A program made the position numbers and the translations under genes. Shown in pieces: positions 48,490-61,432 of a stretch of DNA of 64,000 nucleotides; position 1 is the stretch's first letter; every line of letters begins with the position of its first letter. The stretch covers positions 69,688,001-69,752,000 of the forward strand of contig NC_043001.1 in NCBI RefSeq assembly GCF_006345805.1. The letters run 5' to 3'. The notes beneath the pieces are model-generated. The model was not told the DNA's origin, did no database searches, and saw only the letters and a list, made by a program, of their open reading frames with translations. The DNA is from Octopus sinensis. Taxonomy: Eukaryota.

Positions 48490-48697
48490 AAATAAGCAAA
48501 AAGGATTTCCAGAAGTAACGCAGTACGATCGTTTCGTACGGCTCCATTTAATTGAACAATGCAATTATTTCATTACATCAATGTAAAATGTAGAGCAACC
48601 TTCTGCAGCACGATGATATAGAATTTAATTAAATTAGAAGGCCACATTAATATAATTTTACCCCCCAAAAAACAAGTTTTACCAACACCATCATAGT

Positions 48698-48745
<48 letters not shown>

Positions 48746-48849
48746 AACATTCACACTTTTCATTTGCAAAGCATCAAGTCGCTCTTTCCACTCTTGGTCC
48801 TCAGGTTGACGAGAACCACACTCTACATGATCTGACAAAATCCATGTGC

Positions 48850-49652
48850 GAGATACTTCAATGACAATACTGCTCTGTCTTCAGTAATCCTAGTGCGGTT
48901 GATCTGGCTAGTATTAGTGATGACAAACCCTCAACTAACCATATCTAACATAACGTTTGGTGCTCCTGCTACCCTAAGAGAAATATATAAGATCAATCAC
49001 AACGCGGCAGGAGGACCCGATGAGTTCCCGGCCACTCTCCTGAAGATGTGTCGACATCAAATTGCAACCCCACTAGCTGAACTCTGGAGAAACTCACTTG
49101 ATGTAGGCTACATTCCTGATAATTTTCGTTTCCAGTCCGTCCTTCCAGTTTTCAAAAAGGGAAACAAATCTCTTCCAGTGTACTACGTCCGATTTCACTT
49201 ACTTCTCATATCATTAACATTTTTGAGAGGGTGGTAATATCGTGAATAACTCACTTCTTCGAAGTCAACAATCTGCTGAACCCCAACCAGTATGGTTTCC
49301 GTGATGGCAGGGACTACCTGTCGCAGCTTGTGATGACATTTTGATGACATCTTAAAAGCGTTGGGAGAAGGCTTCAACATTGACGTCATATACTTCCATT
49401 TCAGCAAGGCATTTGACAGAGTGGACCACAAAATCCTGCTGAAGAAACTGTCCGACATTGGAGTCCTTGGAAAGCTGCTGCAGTGGATAAAGTGTTTCCT
49501 CACGAACAGAACCCAACATGATGAGTTTGAGGGAATAGGATCCAGCTCAGTGAAAGTTAGTAGTGGTGTCTCAGAAGGTACTGTGTTGGGCCCATTCCTC
49601 TTCATTATTTACAGAAACGACATAGATGTCATCAAATATTCTACACTGAAAA
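48850..49652 (+). mobile_element. CR1-clade LINE reverse transcriptase fragment, truncated by the next element
   Basis: AGGPDEFPATLLK..PVFKKGNKS..QYGFRDG..DVIYFHFSKAFDRVDH..SGVSEGTVLGPFLFIIY. Confidence 0.9.
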
Positions 49653-49733
49653 TCTTGTTCTATATTTAAGAGATGAGGAATTATGTACTTTATTTACAAT
49701 TGATGAATAATTGTCCTAATCTTTTTGTTGTTA

Positions 49734-49777
49734 ACACAACGTTTCGGCTGATATAACCTCCAGCCTTTATCAGGTGT
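49734..49777 (-). ncRNA. Minimal hammerhead motif with a G8A core change (probably inactive)
   Basis: ACAC-CTGATAA-A-GGCTG(GAGGTTATAT)CAGCC-GAAA-CG-TT-GTGT. Confidence 0.65.
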
Positions 49778-49869
49778 CTTAGGGAAATTTCGAACTTGGA
49801 TTCTCATTCCTAAGGTATTCTTCTATGTCGTTGTTATCATTATTATTATTATTATTATCATCATCATCA

Positions 49870-49952
<83 letters not shown>

Positions 49953-49970
49953 ATTCTGGTCACTGCCCGT

Positions 49971-50062
49971 GGGCATATGGCGTAGTGATTTAGAGCGCGG
50001 GTTACTAACCCCAAAATTCCGAGTTCGATTCCAGGCAGTGACCCAAATAATAATAATAATAA
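49971..50062 (+). mobile_element. Very short tRNA-derived SINE with (TAA)n tail
   Basis: A box TGGCGTAGTGA, B box GAGTTCGATTCC, then GGCAGTGACC and (TAA)n. Confidence 0.7.
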
Positions 50063-50363
50063 TTCTCATACCTAAGGTATTAGACAAACTAAAGTATTAG
50101 ACAAACTTACAAATTAGCTGAACAGTTTTGTGCAATACATTTAAAAGATGAGAAATATAAAGAGTTCTGGCATTCTTTGCTGCAATATTTTAACTAAAAA
50201 GTTTCTTATTCTTTACTTTACTAGAAGTAATAGATTGTCCTATACTTACAGGTGCAATAACTTGTCCTGTACTTTTCCAGGTTTATAATCTTAAGAATAT
50301 TACTTTTTCTTTTCGCATTTTTCCATGTAATATATATATATATATATATATATACGCGTGTAT

Positions 50364-50451
<88 letters not shown>

Positions 50452-50462
50452 TGTGTGTTTGT

Positions 50463-51020
50463 ATACTGCCTGGTTGAAGAATAACTCCCTATTTAAAAAT
50501 AATTATAAATGATTTATTAACCGGAATTTTTACAAAAAATGTATACACGAGGAAAGATTTTAGTATAAGCTTTTATTTTATTCAAAATTCGATATGGGTT
50601 CCAGATGTCGCCTAGGAAATGCGTCAACTGATTTCACCAAGAACTCTTGAGAGATGGAAGACATAACTTCTCATATTTGGCCTTCAAGTTCTTCCAAAGT
50701 GTTTGGCTTGATTTGGTACAGTAGATTTGTTCCTTGAACCAACTCCAAAGAAAAGTCACAGGGTGTTAAGTCGGGACTCCTGGCTAGTCACTAATCCGAA
50801 CCACGACGAGGCATCCATCTCCTGAGGAAATGGGAATTCAGTCATTCACGATCGATAAGAGCATAATGTGGAGGAGCACGATCTTGCAAGAAAATAAGAA
50901 AATCAAATCAATATTCTCCCAAGCACTGATAACTGGCCAGGTCCCACCTTGCAACAGAATTAGGTACCGTAGGAAGTTACTTTTCAATCACTCTGTACAA
51001 AGCTGCTATACAGTGAATCG
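50463..51020 (-). mobile_element. Tc1/mariner-superfamily transposase C-terminal fragment
   Basis: Minus strand ..APPHYA..RRG..ARSPDLTPCDF..KPNTLEELEGQI. Confidence 0.75.
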
Positions 51021-51529
51021 TCTAATAAATTAAAACAAATGTAAAAAGCAGATGTATTTTTATTACTTCCTTAGACTTCTCCTGGAGAAGTTCCTCATCG
51101 GAGTATAATTGTTAGAGAATTAGTGAGCATTTAAAATCTAACATCGGTTATATTTCTCTGCCTATGCAAAGAATTGTTAGGAACTGGTATGAATAGATTA
51201 ATCAATTATCTAATATTCGTTGAAATATACAATAACCGATGTTCGTTTAAATATATAAATTATTGCATTTGCTTGTTTATAGTTATAGTATGTAATAGTA
51301 TAGGAAGTCAATTAACATAGAGAAAGAGTGAGAATATATTAGAGATAAACAATATGCAACACTGTGTTCTGTCACCAGGCTAGGGTAATGAATATTGGAA
51401 ATGCGTTACAATATAGCGGCATATCAATACATTCTTCCGCGCAAATTTACAGATACACTTACACACATGCATACATGTATATACATATATAGATATGTAT
51501 CTAAATTCATATATATATATATATATATA

Positions 51530-51760
51530 TATTTCTTTACTACCCACAAGGGGCTAAACACAGAGGGGACAAACAAGGACAGACAAAGGGATTTAGTCGA
51601 TTACATCGACCCCAGTGCGTAACTGGTACTTGATTTATCGACCCCGAAAGGATGAAAGGCAAAGTCGACCTCGGCGGAATTTGAACTCAGAACGTAACGA
51701 CAGACGAAATACGGCTACGCATTTCACCCGGCGTGCTAACGTTTCTGCCAGCTCGCCGCC
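51530..51760 (-). mobile_element. Full-length tRNA-derived SINE family B
   Basis: Reverse complement GGCGGCGAGCTGGCAGAAACGTTAGCACGCCGGG..GAGTTCAAATTCCGCC..GTGGGTAGTAAAGAAAT. Homologous to 61205-61432. Confidence 0.9.
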
Positions 51761-51810
51761 TTATATATATAGTATTATTGGACGCTCAGGAAAGAATGAA
51801 AAAAGGAGGG

Positions 51811-51844
<34 letters not shown>

Positions 51845-53072
51845 TATATATAAGTATGCACGTGCATGTAAATGTATATGTATATATATATAATTATATA
51901 TGCATATGTATATATATATACGTGTATATGTATATGTATGTATATATATATATATGTATTTATATATATATGAATGTGTGTGAGTGTATATATATATATT
52001 TGTGTGTGAAGAGAGATAGAGAAAGACGCATGCACACATGCATTCGTACCCACACAATGATATATATATATATATCATTGCTATTATGTAAAATTGTCGT
52101 AAGTTCAGAACGTTGCTTTTTCAGAAAATGGTAGTTTTACCATTCCATAGCAAAACCATTGTACTACACTTTGACAATTTTTGATATCTTGACATCTGAA
52201 GCAGCTGGGGATACGATTGTTTGACCAAAAGAACCGGCTATTAGAAACATAAATAAATATTGAAAGAAAAAACGCATTTGGCCAAATTTAGACACACGAC
52301 AGTTTAACATAATAGCAACCATATATGTTATCATAGGAAATTATTTTAGACAATGTAGAATGAATATGATCCACACAAACGCTCGAATGAAAATCTTATA
52401 AAATCCCTTTCGGTCATTGGCATAGTGGCGTATCGTTTCACATGAAAACATTTCATGCAAAAGAAAAAAAGGGAAAAAGCCATCAGGAAAATGAAATGTG
52501 TGGGTTTCTGAAATTAAAACACCAATATGAGCATGTTCCTGATATTAGCAAAGCGGTTTCTTATTCTATAGTTTGCAGAATGCGTCTGTAAATTCAACGT
52601 AAATTTAGCTCCATAAATAAGTAAAAGCGGTTTAAACCATATCGAATCAGTAAGTAAATACATTTGTAAGGGTTCTCTGTATCAGCTTTAAATACAATAC
52701 TGTCAAATGAGAAGAAAGATATTGAAATGAAACGGCATTAAAGGTACAATGTGACTGAATTCGTATTATGTAACTAAAATTTCTGCCAATACGCAAGACC
52801 ATAAAAGAGACGATGAATGTAAAATATGTAAGCATATATGTTGCCTTTATTGCCGCTGTTAAGACATGCAACCTGAAAATAAATGAGTCCCCAAGAATTA
52901 TATTTTGAAAGAAATATTTTACCACAAGCGAATAAAGATGTAAGATCATTCTTAGTTATTGCTCGTTTCCGTAAGAGTTGCAGTTTTATCTCATGGATTT
53001 CATTTCCTCTGGGTGACATTGAATAGAATCTTACCTGCGCGGATTATCTTAAAATGGATATATATGTATATG

Positions 53073-53129
<57 letters not shown>

Positions 53130-54499
53130 CTACCTATCTATCTACCTATCTATCTACTTATGTATGTATACATTTAGATGTATATGTGGGCATGTATATA
53201 CGCGTGTGTGATATATATGTATGCATGTATGTGTTTCTATACACACATATACACACACTTATATATCAATAGATAGATATATAGATGGATATTCTGTTGG
53301 ATTTTATATTTATTAACCCAGGTATATAACAGTTAAGTATATATTACAAACTCTTTATCGGCAGGATGATATCTTTTAAACATTGTTTTCAAAAGTATAA
53401 GCCGGACATTTCAAGGACGGTTTGGAGAATTGCTAAACTAACCTCTGGTTTAGAATTTGAGCAGAAATGATACTTCAACGGTCATGTTTCTGTTTCTTTA
53501 TCTCGTTATGAAGTCATATATCGGTCCGTTGAATTATTAATTCATATTTGATTGTGTATGAAATACCTATTCTATGTGTGAGATACTAATGCACATCTTT
53601 CGAAAATACCTACTTTTATAACCTTGGATTGACTCTGGCATTTTGAGTGAAATTGGGCTGCTGAGATCTTTGCAGATCTGGACATTTATACTGAATATGA
53701 ATTTGTGCTCAGTTATATAAAATTCTGCCCGCCTATTCATTCCCGCCGCCACGATCCTCTGAGCATGGTTTCCGATTGCTTAAATCAGATTATTATAACA
53801 ACCGTTTATTTTCTGACCAAATTAAATCACAATAAGAAAAAGAACACCGTATAACACGATTTTAGTCCTTGGGCATCAACTGTTATTTCCTATTTGCTTA
53901 CACCTAGAAAGTATGAAAAATGACTTGTATTTTCTTCAACCTTTGCTTTTGTTACGATATTTATCCAAGCCCCAAACAATCCCTCACAACACATAGCTAT
54001 GATGCTCCCCAACTACTGCTGCTCATGAACAGCGGTGCAAATATTGTCAGCTAGTAAGGGACATGGTCAAAAGGTTACGGTCAAGAGACTGATAGGCAAA
54101 TATCTCTGGTAATGAGCAGAATATTTGCTATAACGATATTTCTACTTCCGCATCCCAGCGCTGAATCTGTCTGAAATGGAAAATAAATCTGTTTCAAAAC
54201 CTTGATGTCCAGGTCGCAAAGCAAAGTTTAAAGGAGATAGTAGTCAGTTCCTTTGATTTCTACATAGAAGCACCTAGTCAACAGCACTTAATGAACAATG
54301 AAGAAGTAAATAAAAAATTTGTTACACAGTGTAATCTAGTAAATTTCTTTAGATTGGATTATTTACATTGCATTATTACATAGTCCATTAAACAATTTTA
54401 TTCCAGGGAGCTTACGATATCAGATAACAATCATTACTAAATAAGATTATTATCCGTCATATAACGGGTAACTTTGGAAATATACTTTTGTCACCATAC

Positions 54500-54866
54500 C
54501 GTGGTACACCGTCGGTTACGACGAGGTGGATTCCAGTTGATCCGATCAGCGGAACAGCCTGCTCCTGAAATTAACATGCAAGTGGCAGAGCACTCTACAG
54601 TCATGACTACCCATAACGTAGTTCTCGAGGAGATTCAGCATGACACAGAGTGTGACAAGGCTGACTTTTAAAATACAGTTACAAGAAAGGGTGAGAGTAA
54701 GTTGTGGCGAAAGAATACAGCAGGGTTCGCCACCACCCCCTGCCGGAGCTTCGTGGAGCTTCTGATGTTTTCACTCAATAAACACTCACAACGCCCTGTC
54801 TGGGACCGAAACCGCGATCCTATGACCGCGAGTCCACTGCCCTAACCACTGGGCAATTGCGCCTCC
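54500..54866 (-). mobile_element. tRNA-derived SINE (third family)
   Basis: The reverse complement starts GGAGGCGCAATTGCCCAGTGGTTAGGGCAGTGGACTCGCGGTCATAGGATCGCGGTTTCGGTCCC (A and B box-like). Confidence 0.75.
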
Positions 54867-56813
54867 TTTGCCACCATAGGTAATAACAGGATAAAAAAAC
54901 ACATATACCACCATAAGTATGCTTTAATTTTTATTAAATGATGAAATAAATACTAATTTCCAAAGGAAGAGAACACACTCTGAGAATAAAATGTAATAAA
55001 CACAAATTTCTCGCATTTTTGCAATAAATGTTATTTCCTAAAAGTTTTTTCAGTGTGATCACGATCTACTCTATCGAAAATCTGCAAAATTTGATTTTTA
55101 AAAATATATATTTTTTTTTAGAACAGTATAAAACATCTATGACTTCCTAAGCTAACACTCTCTTTCTTTCCTCTCTCCCGCCCGGCTCTTTTATACAATG
55201 AAAAGCATGAGTGGAGAAGCAATCGAGAACGAACCAGCATTCATATGCGCTGTTTGTTAAATTGAGATATGCTATTAAAATCACCAACAATGACATAATC
55301 ATGTAATGTGATTCTCACCAAATACGGAACTTAATTGTGAGTATTTCCTCGGCAAGATTATGTTGCCTCAGCATCATGTATTTATAATTGAAGAATTTTG
55401 GTCGGCTATGTATAGGGGTAGAGTGCGCGCGCCTGTACGTTTGTGTGCCGGTATCTGTGTGTCTGTGTGTGTGTATATGTGTGCCTGTATGTGTGTGTGA
55501 TTGTAATTCATCCATCAAATGGATTTCTTTTCTAGAATGAACTTTCGAGAAACATAATTTATCACCGTTCAAGCGGTTATTAAATATATTTTCTAATTTT
55601 ATTCAAAATTCAACGCACTATTCTTATATTTTCTTGCAAATATCAACTCTTAACGCTATTAGTTGATTGAATTCTTTGTATGTCTTTCTCATTAAGAAAA
55701 TCTAAATGAACCAAATGACCTTGTTAGGAAGAAGCGCTAAACAGTTTTCATGCTGATATAATTTATATAATTACTAGCCAATCAGCTAATCAAAAATGCA
55801 TGCACCACAATAACATGGGTACCACAGGAAAGGTGGGTACCGCCATATGGCTCTTACAGCTGCTAAATAACAACTGGCAATAAAGTAGGAAGTCATGAAT
55901 GCATATACTGAGACGACGGCAAGATTGCCTTGACTTAATATCATTTCATTCTAGGGCTCACTCTCTCTCCCTCGCTTGCTCTCTTTGAGTTTATAGTTAA
56001 ACATCATTAACATGGTTTTATTTAAAGATAACGTAGATATAGTAACTTCTACTGAAAATAAATGACCAGCAGGAACAGCTGTACAATTTAGAGTTTTGTA
56101 CAAACTATTCAAATATACTGTTACATGCTGTTAATAGAATGTGGCTTTTAAAATATCATATTCTTATCGACATACTCAAGCATTATTTTTCTGATAATGT
56201 TACGAAACATATTACAGTGACGATAATTAGTAAATTCGTCAATTATTTCCCCCCATAAGTATTATGAAGTGAGTTCTGTTTTCCAGATACTTCATCAAAT
56301 ATTTATCATTACTTTTGCTCAAGTAAATAAAGTTCTGTGCGAAATGCAAAATGCATCAAGTTTAAAGATAAATGTATGTTGGGTCTTTGCTGAAAATAAT
56401 AATAGTTTCATTCCCTAGAAAATTGGGCAAATGAAAGAATCTAACATATTACCGCAAGCAAAAGATGCTTCTGATCTTCGACATGACAGCTCGTAATTTC
56501 AGACACAAAAGTTATTCCCAAACCTACTTATTGGCACCTACTTATCTATATTTCAAATTGAATAAATGCACATTTTTACACGTTTGACTGGAAAGTATTG
56601 AATGCATGCGAGAGTTCAGTATATTCAGTTACGACAATTTGCACAGAGTAGAGGAGAGTAAGATAGATTCTCATTTAGATTATGATCGGTTCTGATTTGA
56701 AGGAATACCGGTGGATGCCAATACGAACCAAGCTAATAACGTTCTATTAATGTATATTGAAAATTCGTTCCCTAAACCTAGAATAATTATGAACTACATA
56801 TTTTAGTTATTAA

Positions 56814-57135
56814 TATGGTTCAGTGGTTAGAGCCTCGAACATACGATTTTGAGGTTGTGAGTTCGATTCCCGGACCGGCTGCGTGTTTTGTTCTTGAGCA
56901 AGACACTTTATATCACGTTGTTCCAGTTAACTGTAGAAATCAGTTGCGACATCACTGGTGCCAAGCTGTATCGGCCTTTGCCTTTCCCTTGGATAACATC
57001 AGTGGTGTGGAGAGGGGAGACTGGTATGCATGGGCGACTGCTGGTCTTCCACAAACAACCTTGCCCGGACTAGTGCTTCGGAGGTTAACTTTCTAGGTGA
57101 AATCCAATGGTCATTCATGACCGAAGGGGGTCTCA
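56814..57135 (+). mobile_element. tRNA-derived SINE (fourth family) with a TTGAGCAAGACACTT core
   Basis: ATGGTTCAGTGGTTAGAGC..GAGTTCGATTCCCGG..TTCTTGAGCAAGACACTTTA. Confidence 0.75.
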
Positions 57136-58379
57136 TCCAATATATGATTTTGTTAAATAATTCGTAGAGCTGGTAGAACCGTTATTGCACCGAACAAAAT
57201 GCTTTGCGGCTTTTCTTTCGGTTCATCACGTTCCGTGTTCAAATGCCGATGGAATCGCCTTTACTTCTCGTCCATTCGAGGCTGATGAAATAACAAACAT
57301 TTGGACAAGAGAGAGTGCGTGAGGTGTCAACCCTCCTCTCAGAATCACTGATTTTGTAACTAGGCAACTAGTCCGTTAGAGTAGGAAGAGTTATCTCCCG
57401 CTTAGAATAAATCGTGTGCGAGAAACGCGCTGAATGAACCAGCTGGAGAAGATGTCTTCTCGGGCTTAAATGCTAGTATCGTCGTTTCTTAGAGGACAGG
57501 CACATTAATGTGGCGATAAACAACAATTTTGGGGTGGTATAATGCTTCTATCTCGAACAGATTTTCTAACGGACTAGTTAACTTGTTACAAAATCAATGA
57601 TTGCATGACACTCTATTTTCTATATATAGCAAGCATGGTGAACTATTGTAACGGCTGGCAACGAGTACATACCACCGACGAGATCCAATATAACTTTGTG
57701 GTCTGGAAGTCAGGGTGGCAATACGTGTTGGTTCGTATACTGCTGTTAACGTGAACATAGATTTTCTAACGAGCTAGATCTTTTATATTTTGATTTCCCA
57801 TTATTCTAGTCCGATCTTGAACTTGAAGATTCTTGCTTACTTGGCTTGTATATATTTTCCACTAATTTGACAATGTGTGATTGTCCTATATTGGGACTCT
57901 AATTATAGCTTGCTTAATACTTACTTAAAGATTTCTAGATTAGCGACGTTTTGTTGTATGTATGCATACATGCATGTATAATACATACATACATGCATAC
58001 ATACATAAATACATACATGCATACATACATGCATATTTACATAGGTAATACATACGTACATGCATGCATGCATACATACCTATATACATACATATAATAT
58101 ATTTTTAAAGTGAGTAGTCACCTATGGAATTCGCTCGTGGCTCATCACGAATATAATTAACAAAAGACGAAACTTAGAGTAAGCTACACAAATTTTATGT
58201 AATATATATGTTCTTGATTTGAATATGGGATGTTTACATTTTGCATTGAGCAAATGTGCATAACATTCTAGCAACTAGCTACAGTCAATTTGTTGTTACT
58301 TCTTTCAATTTTGATTTTGAAACACATCGGTATTCGTTTCAAAGTTAGAGGTAGGCAAAGTCAGTAAAATCAATAGTAG

Positions 58380-58515
58380 CAGACGTAACTGTGTGTTAAG
58401 AACTTTGCTTCGCAGTTTCATGGTTTCGTGTTCCGTCCCACTTCATGACATATACCTGGGCCGAGCAAATCCTTGTGAGTTTATTTGATAGACGGATACT
58501 GAAAGAAGCACGTAA
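58380..58515 (+). mobile_element. Degenerate SINE family A
   Basis: CATGGTTTCGTGTTCCGTCCCAC..GGGCCGAGCAAATCCTTGTGAG..GACGGATACTGAAAGAAGC. Confidence 0.6.
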
Positions 58516-58696
58516 TACACACACATACACACACACACACAAACATATCTTTTAAATCTATTTACGGGAAACGTAAATGGATTATGCCGGCCGCAGTGAT
58601 GCTAACTGGTTATCCTGTTTTTCGGGTTGCATCAAACTGCAGTGATACAATGGAGGATAATGATAGTAATAATAAAAATAATCCTCAGATAGATGT

Positions 58697-58730
<34 letters not shown>

Positions 58731-58840
58731 ATATATATAATATATATATATATACAGATAGATAGATAGAGAGATAGATAGATACAGATACACAAACACA
58801 TGCACACGCACACACACACAGACACACACACATATATATA

Positions 58841-59650
58841 TACGAAGGGTGTTCAGTAAAGATTTCCCGTAGTCCACTTCCCATGGACTGGGTTAAACGA
58901 AACTTGGCATGATTATATGTCCACAAATAGCGATACATTGCGTTATGCACCTATGAAGACCTCTTCTGTAGAAATTGGTAGGTTGAGTCTGGAGCCAAGA
59001 CTTTACCTCGGAAAAATGTTCATCATTATCCGAAAAGTGCTATCCATTTAAGTATGACTTCATGGTTGAATAGAGGAATAACACTTCATGGGATGAGTAG
59101 AGGACGTCGCGGAGAGTAAGCGCGTGAGGAAGGATTTCATAGCTGCAAGAATGAGCTTTCGTCTGAGCAATATGTGATTGTGAACTGGGAGTTGTCTTGG
59201 AGGACGCGGACATCATTGATCAGCATACCACGCCTCTCTGCTTTGATTGTGTCCCGCAATTTCTGCAGCAGACACGCACGATATTCCCCGTTAATTGAGG
59301 TGCTCTTTGCCAGAAAACCCTGCATCACTACTCGATACTGGTCCCCAAATGCTGTTAACATTTCTTTGCCTGCTGAGGGTTGGAGGCAAGCCTTTGGAGG
59401 AGGTTAGTTATCATGTTTGCATTGTTTCGATTGGACTTTAGTCTCAGGATCATGTTTCATCCATGTGATAAGTCTGCTGAAAATGTCTTCCTTGTTTTCT
59501 TGGCACATTGCCAAAATTGCTTGGGAACAATAATCTTGACAAGTTTTATGACCATACCCACTATATTCTGTCAACTCTCTCCTGCTCTTTCCTTACGGAC
59601 ACAATCCTCTAGTTTTAGATTTGGTAATTGATAAACAAGACTAATAAATT
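58841..59650 (-). mobile_element. Decayed mariner element
   Basis: TIR-like TACGAAGGGTGTTCAGTAAAG at 58841. Minus strand RLITW..HDPETKVQS, MLTAFGDQYRVVMQGFL..LLQKLRDTIKAERRGML..VLQDNS and AYSP. Confidence 0.8.
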
Positions 59651-61204
59651 GCAACTTAACCAAAATCCGTTACAAGCTATGACCGCAACAAATTTTTTTC
59701 ATGAAGTCTAGTAAATCCTAAGCTGATGTGGTAGCAGCACGGTCTTTGTCTGTCTTCTATTAATTATATTAATGTGTCCGACTGATTAAAAAAATTAAGA
59801 AAATTATATTTACAAATTCTTTTAATTTATGCTGCTGAGGATAGCCCTACATTTAAATTGATGTAATGATTGCATTGTTCAATTAAATGAGCCGCTTGAA
59901 TCGGTTGTACTGCATAACCTCTGGATATCCTGTTGCTTATTTTGATTATATTCGACTAAACCTTATAAATCGGTATACTGACATTGAAGCAGTCCAATCA
60001 GTCAAAAAAGTAAAAGATGAAAGAGATCTTTAACCCTGTCTAAACCTGATGGTTGTTAGCGGACGCGAACCACGCATCAATCGATATTTTTGATCAACAT
60101 CCAAACAATTCAAATGTTGACTTTTGGTTCCACGTTTACATATACTTTCCACGTCAGTCATTATACAACTTGTGCAGACAATAAATGATGACTAGTGAAA
60201 CAGCAATCAAAAAATTCTAATTGTGTTCTTGATAGATATCTCTAAATATAATTAACTGTTTGGCATGTCTTCAGGAAATTTTCTTCTTTTCTAATATGTC
60301 ATAACATTTTTTGTTTAATATCTATATACTCTTTCTCTGAAACCTCCCCTTCAATCATACCAAAGAATACTCGTGTAAGATATCGTCAGGTTGCTTTTTC
60401 TCTGTTGTTTTTCTTTTATGACGCAACGCTGTAATATTATTTGCTTGCAAAGAGAATCTAAAGAATAACTAACGCATCTTTTATCTTTGTGATTTATAAT
60501 TTAAAAGAAGAACTGCAAAAGTTTTCCACAATAGCGTTTAGTCAACATGGAGACATAATTTTGTGCATTTATTTATTCACTGTGTAACATCTTAAGAAAT
60601 ATTTGGTTGGTATCCAACTAACGTCACTGGACCAACAAAAAAGAAGCTGCATAATAATATTTATGTACAGAATTAATGTTTTAGACTAAACGTTTACGTT
60701 ACATATCTTTGTTGGTGTGAATTGTGATACAGTTGGTGTTGCGACTGTACTAATTGCAAACTAGTATTCAATATTGTGTACACTGTCTTGGTATCGCGCA
60801 TGATGCATTAGACAGTATTCTTATCAATGATATTGTTGGATAGAAAAATTGATTTTTCTGTTAGGGATAGGTTGTTCCTCGTAATGTCAAACAATAATAC
60901 TTCTAACATAATGTTATCTACGATAAATATGATGTATCTTTGTTTACAGTAAATCTAGTAATGGTGACAGGCACTGACCCAGCATAAGGTAAGCTCTTTT
61001 ATGGAAGAAGCACTTTAAATCTGCGCCCAGTTATTTAGTGATATTTTATTTATCGATTCCGAACATTTGAGACCGGGGTATTTGAAACAGCAACAATAAC
61101 AACAACTGATGATCATAATATGCTTGAAATTAAATGTAAAGTGATATTGACTTCCATTCTTCTCTGAAACTGACTTACACACCAAAACACAGTGACGCAC
61201 ACAT

Positions 61205-61432
61205 GGCGAGCTGGCAGAAACGTTAGCACGCCAGGCGAAATGCGTAGCCGTATTTCGTCTGCCGTTACGTTCTGAGTTCAAATTTTGCCGAGGTCGACTT
61301 TGCCTTTCATCCTTTCGGGGTCGATGAATTAAGTACCAGTTACGCACTGGGATCGATATAATCGACTTAATCCGTTTGTCTGTTCTTGTTTGTCTCCTCT
61401 GTGTTTAGCCCCTTGTGGGTAGGAAAGAAATA
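61205..61432 (+). mobile_element. Full-length SINE family B
   Basis: GGCGAGCTGGCAGAAACGTTAGCACGCCAGG..GAGTTCAAATTTTGCC..TGTGGGTAGGAAAGAAATA. Confidence 0.9.

Larger units (their letters stand above)
49653..50330 (-). mobile_element. PLE-type pLTR-like element with a minimal hammerhead, interrupted by a SINE/microsatellite insertion
   Basis: Contains the motif at 49734-49777. Homologous to 38239-38450. Abuts (TA)n at 50330. Confidence 0.6.

Noticed and set aside
49971-50043. Functional tRNA genes here and at 54800-54866 and 56814-56875
   Set aside because: A and B boxes are present, but there is no complete cloverleaf or acceptor stem and each continues into SINE body or tail.
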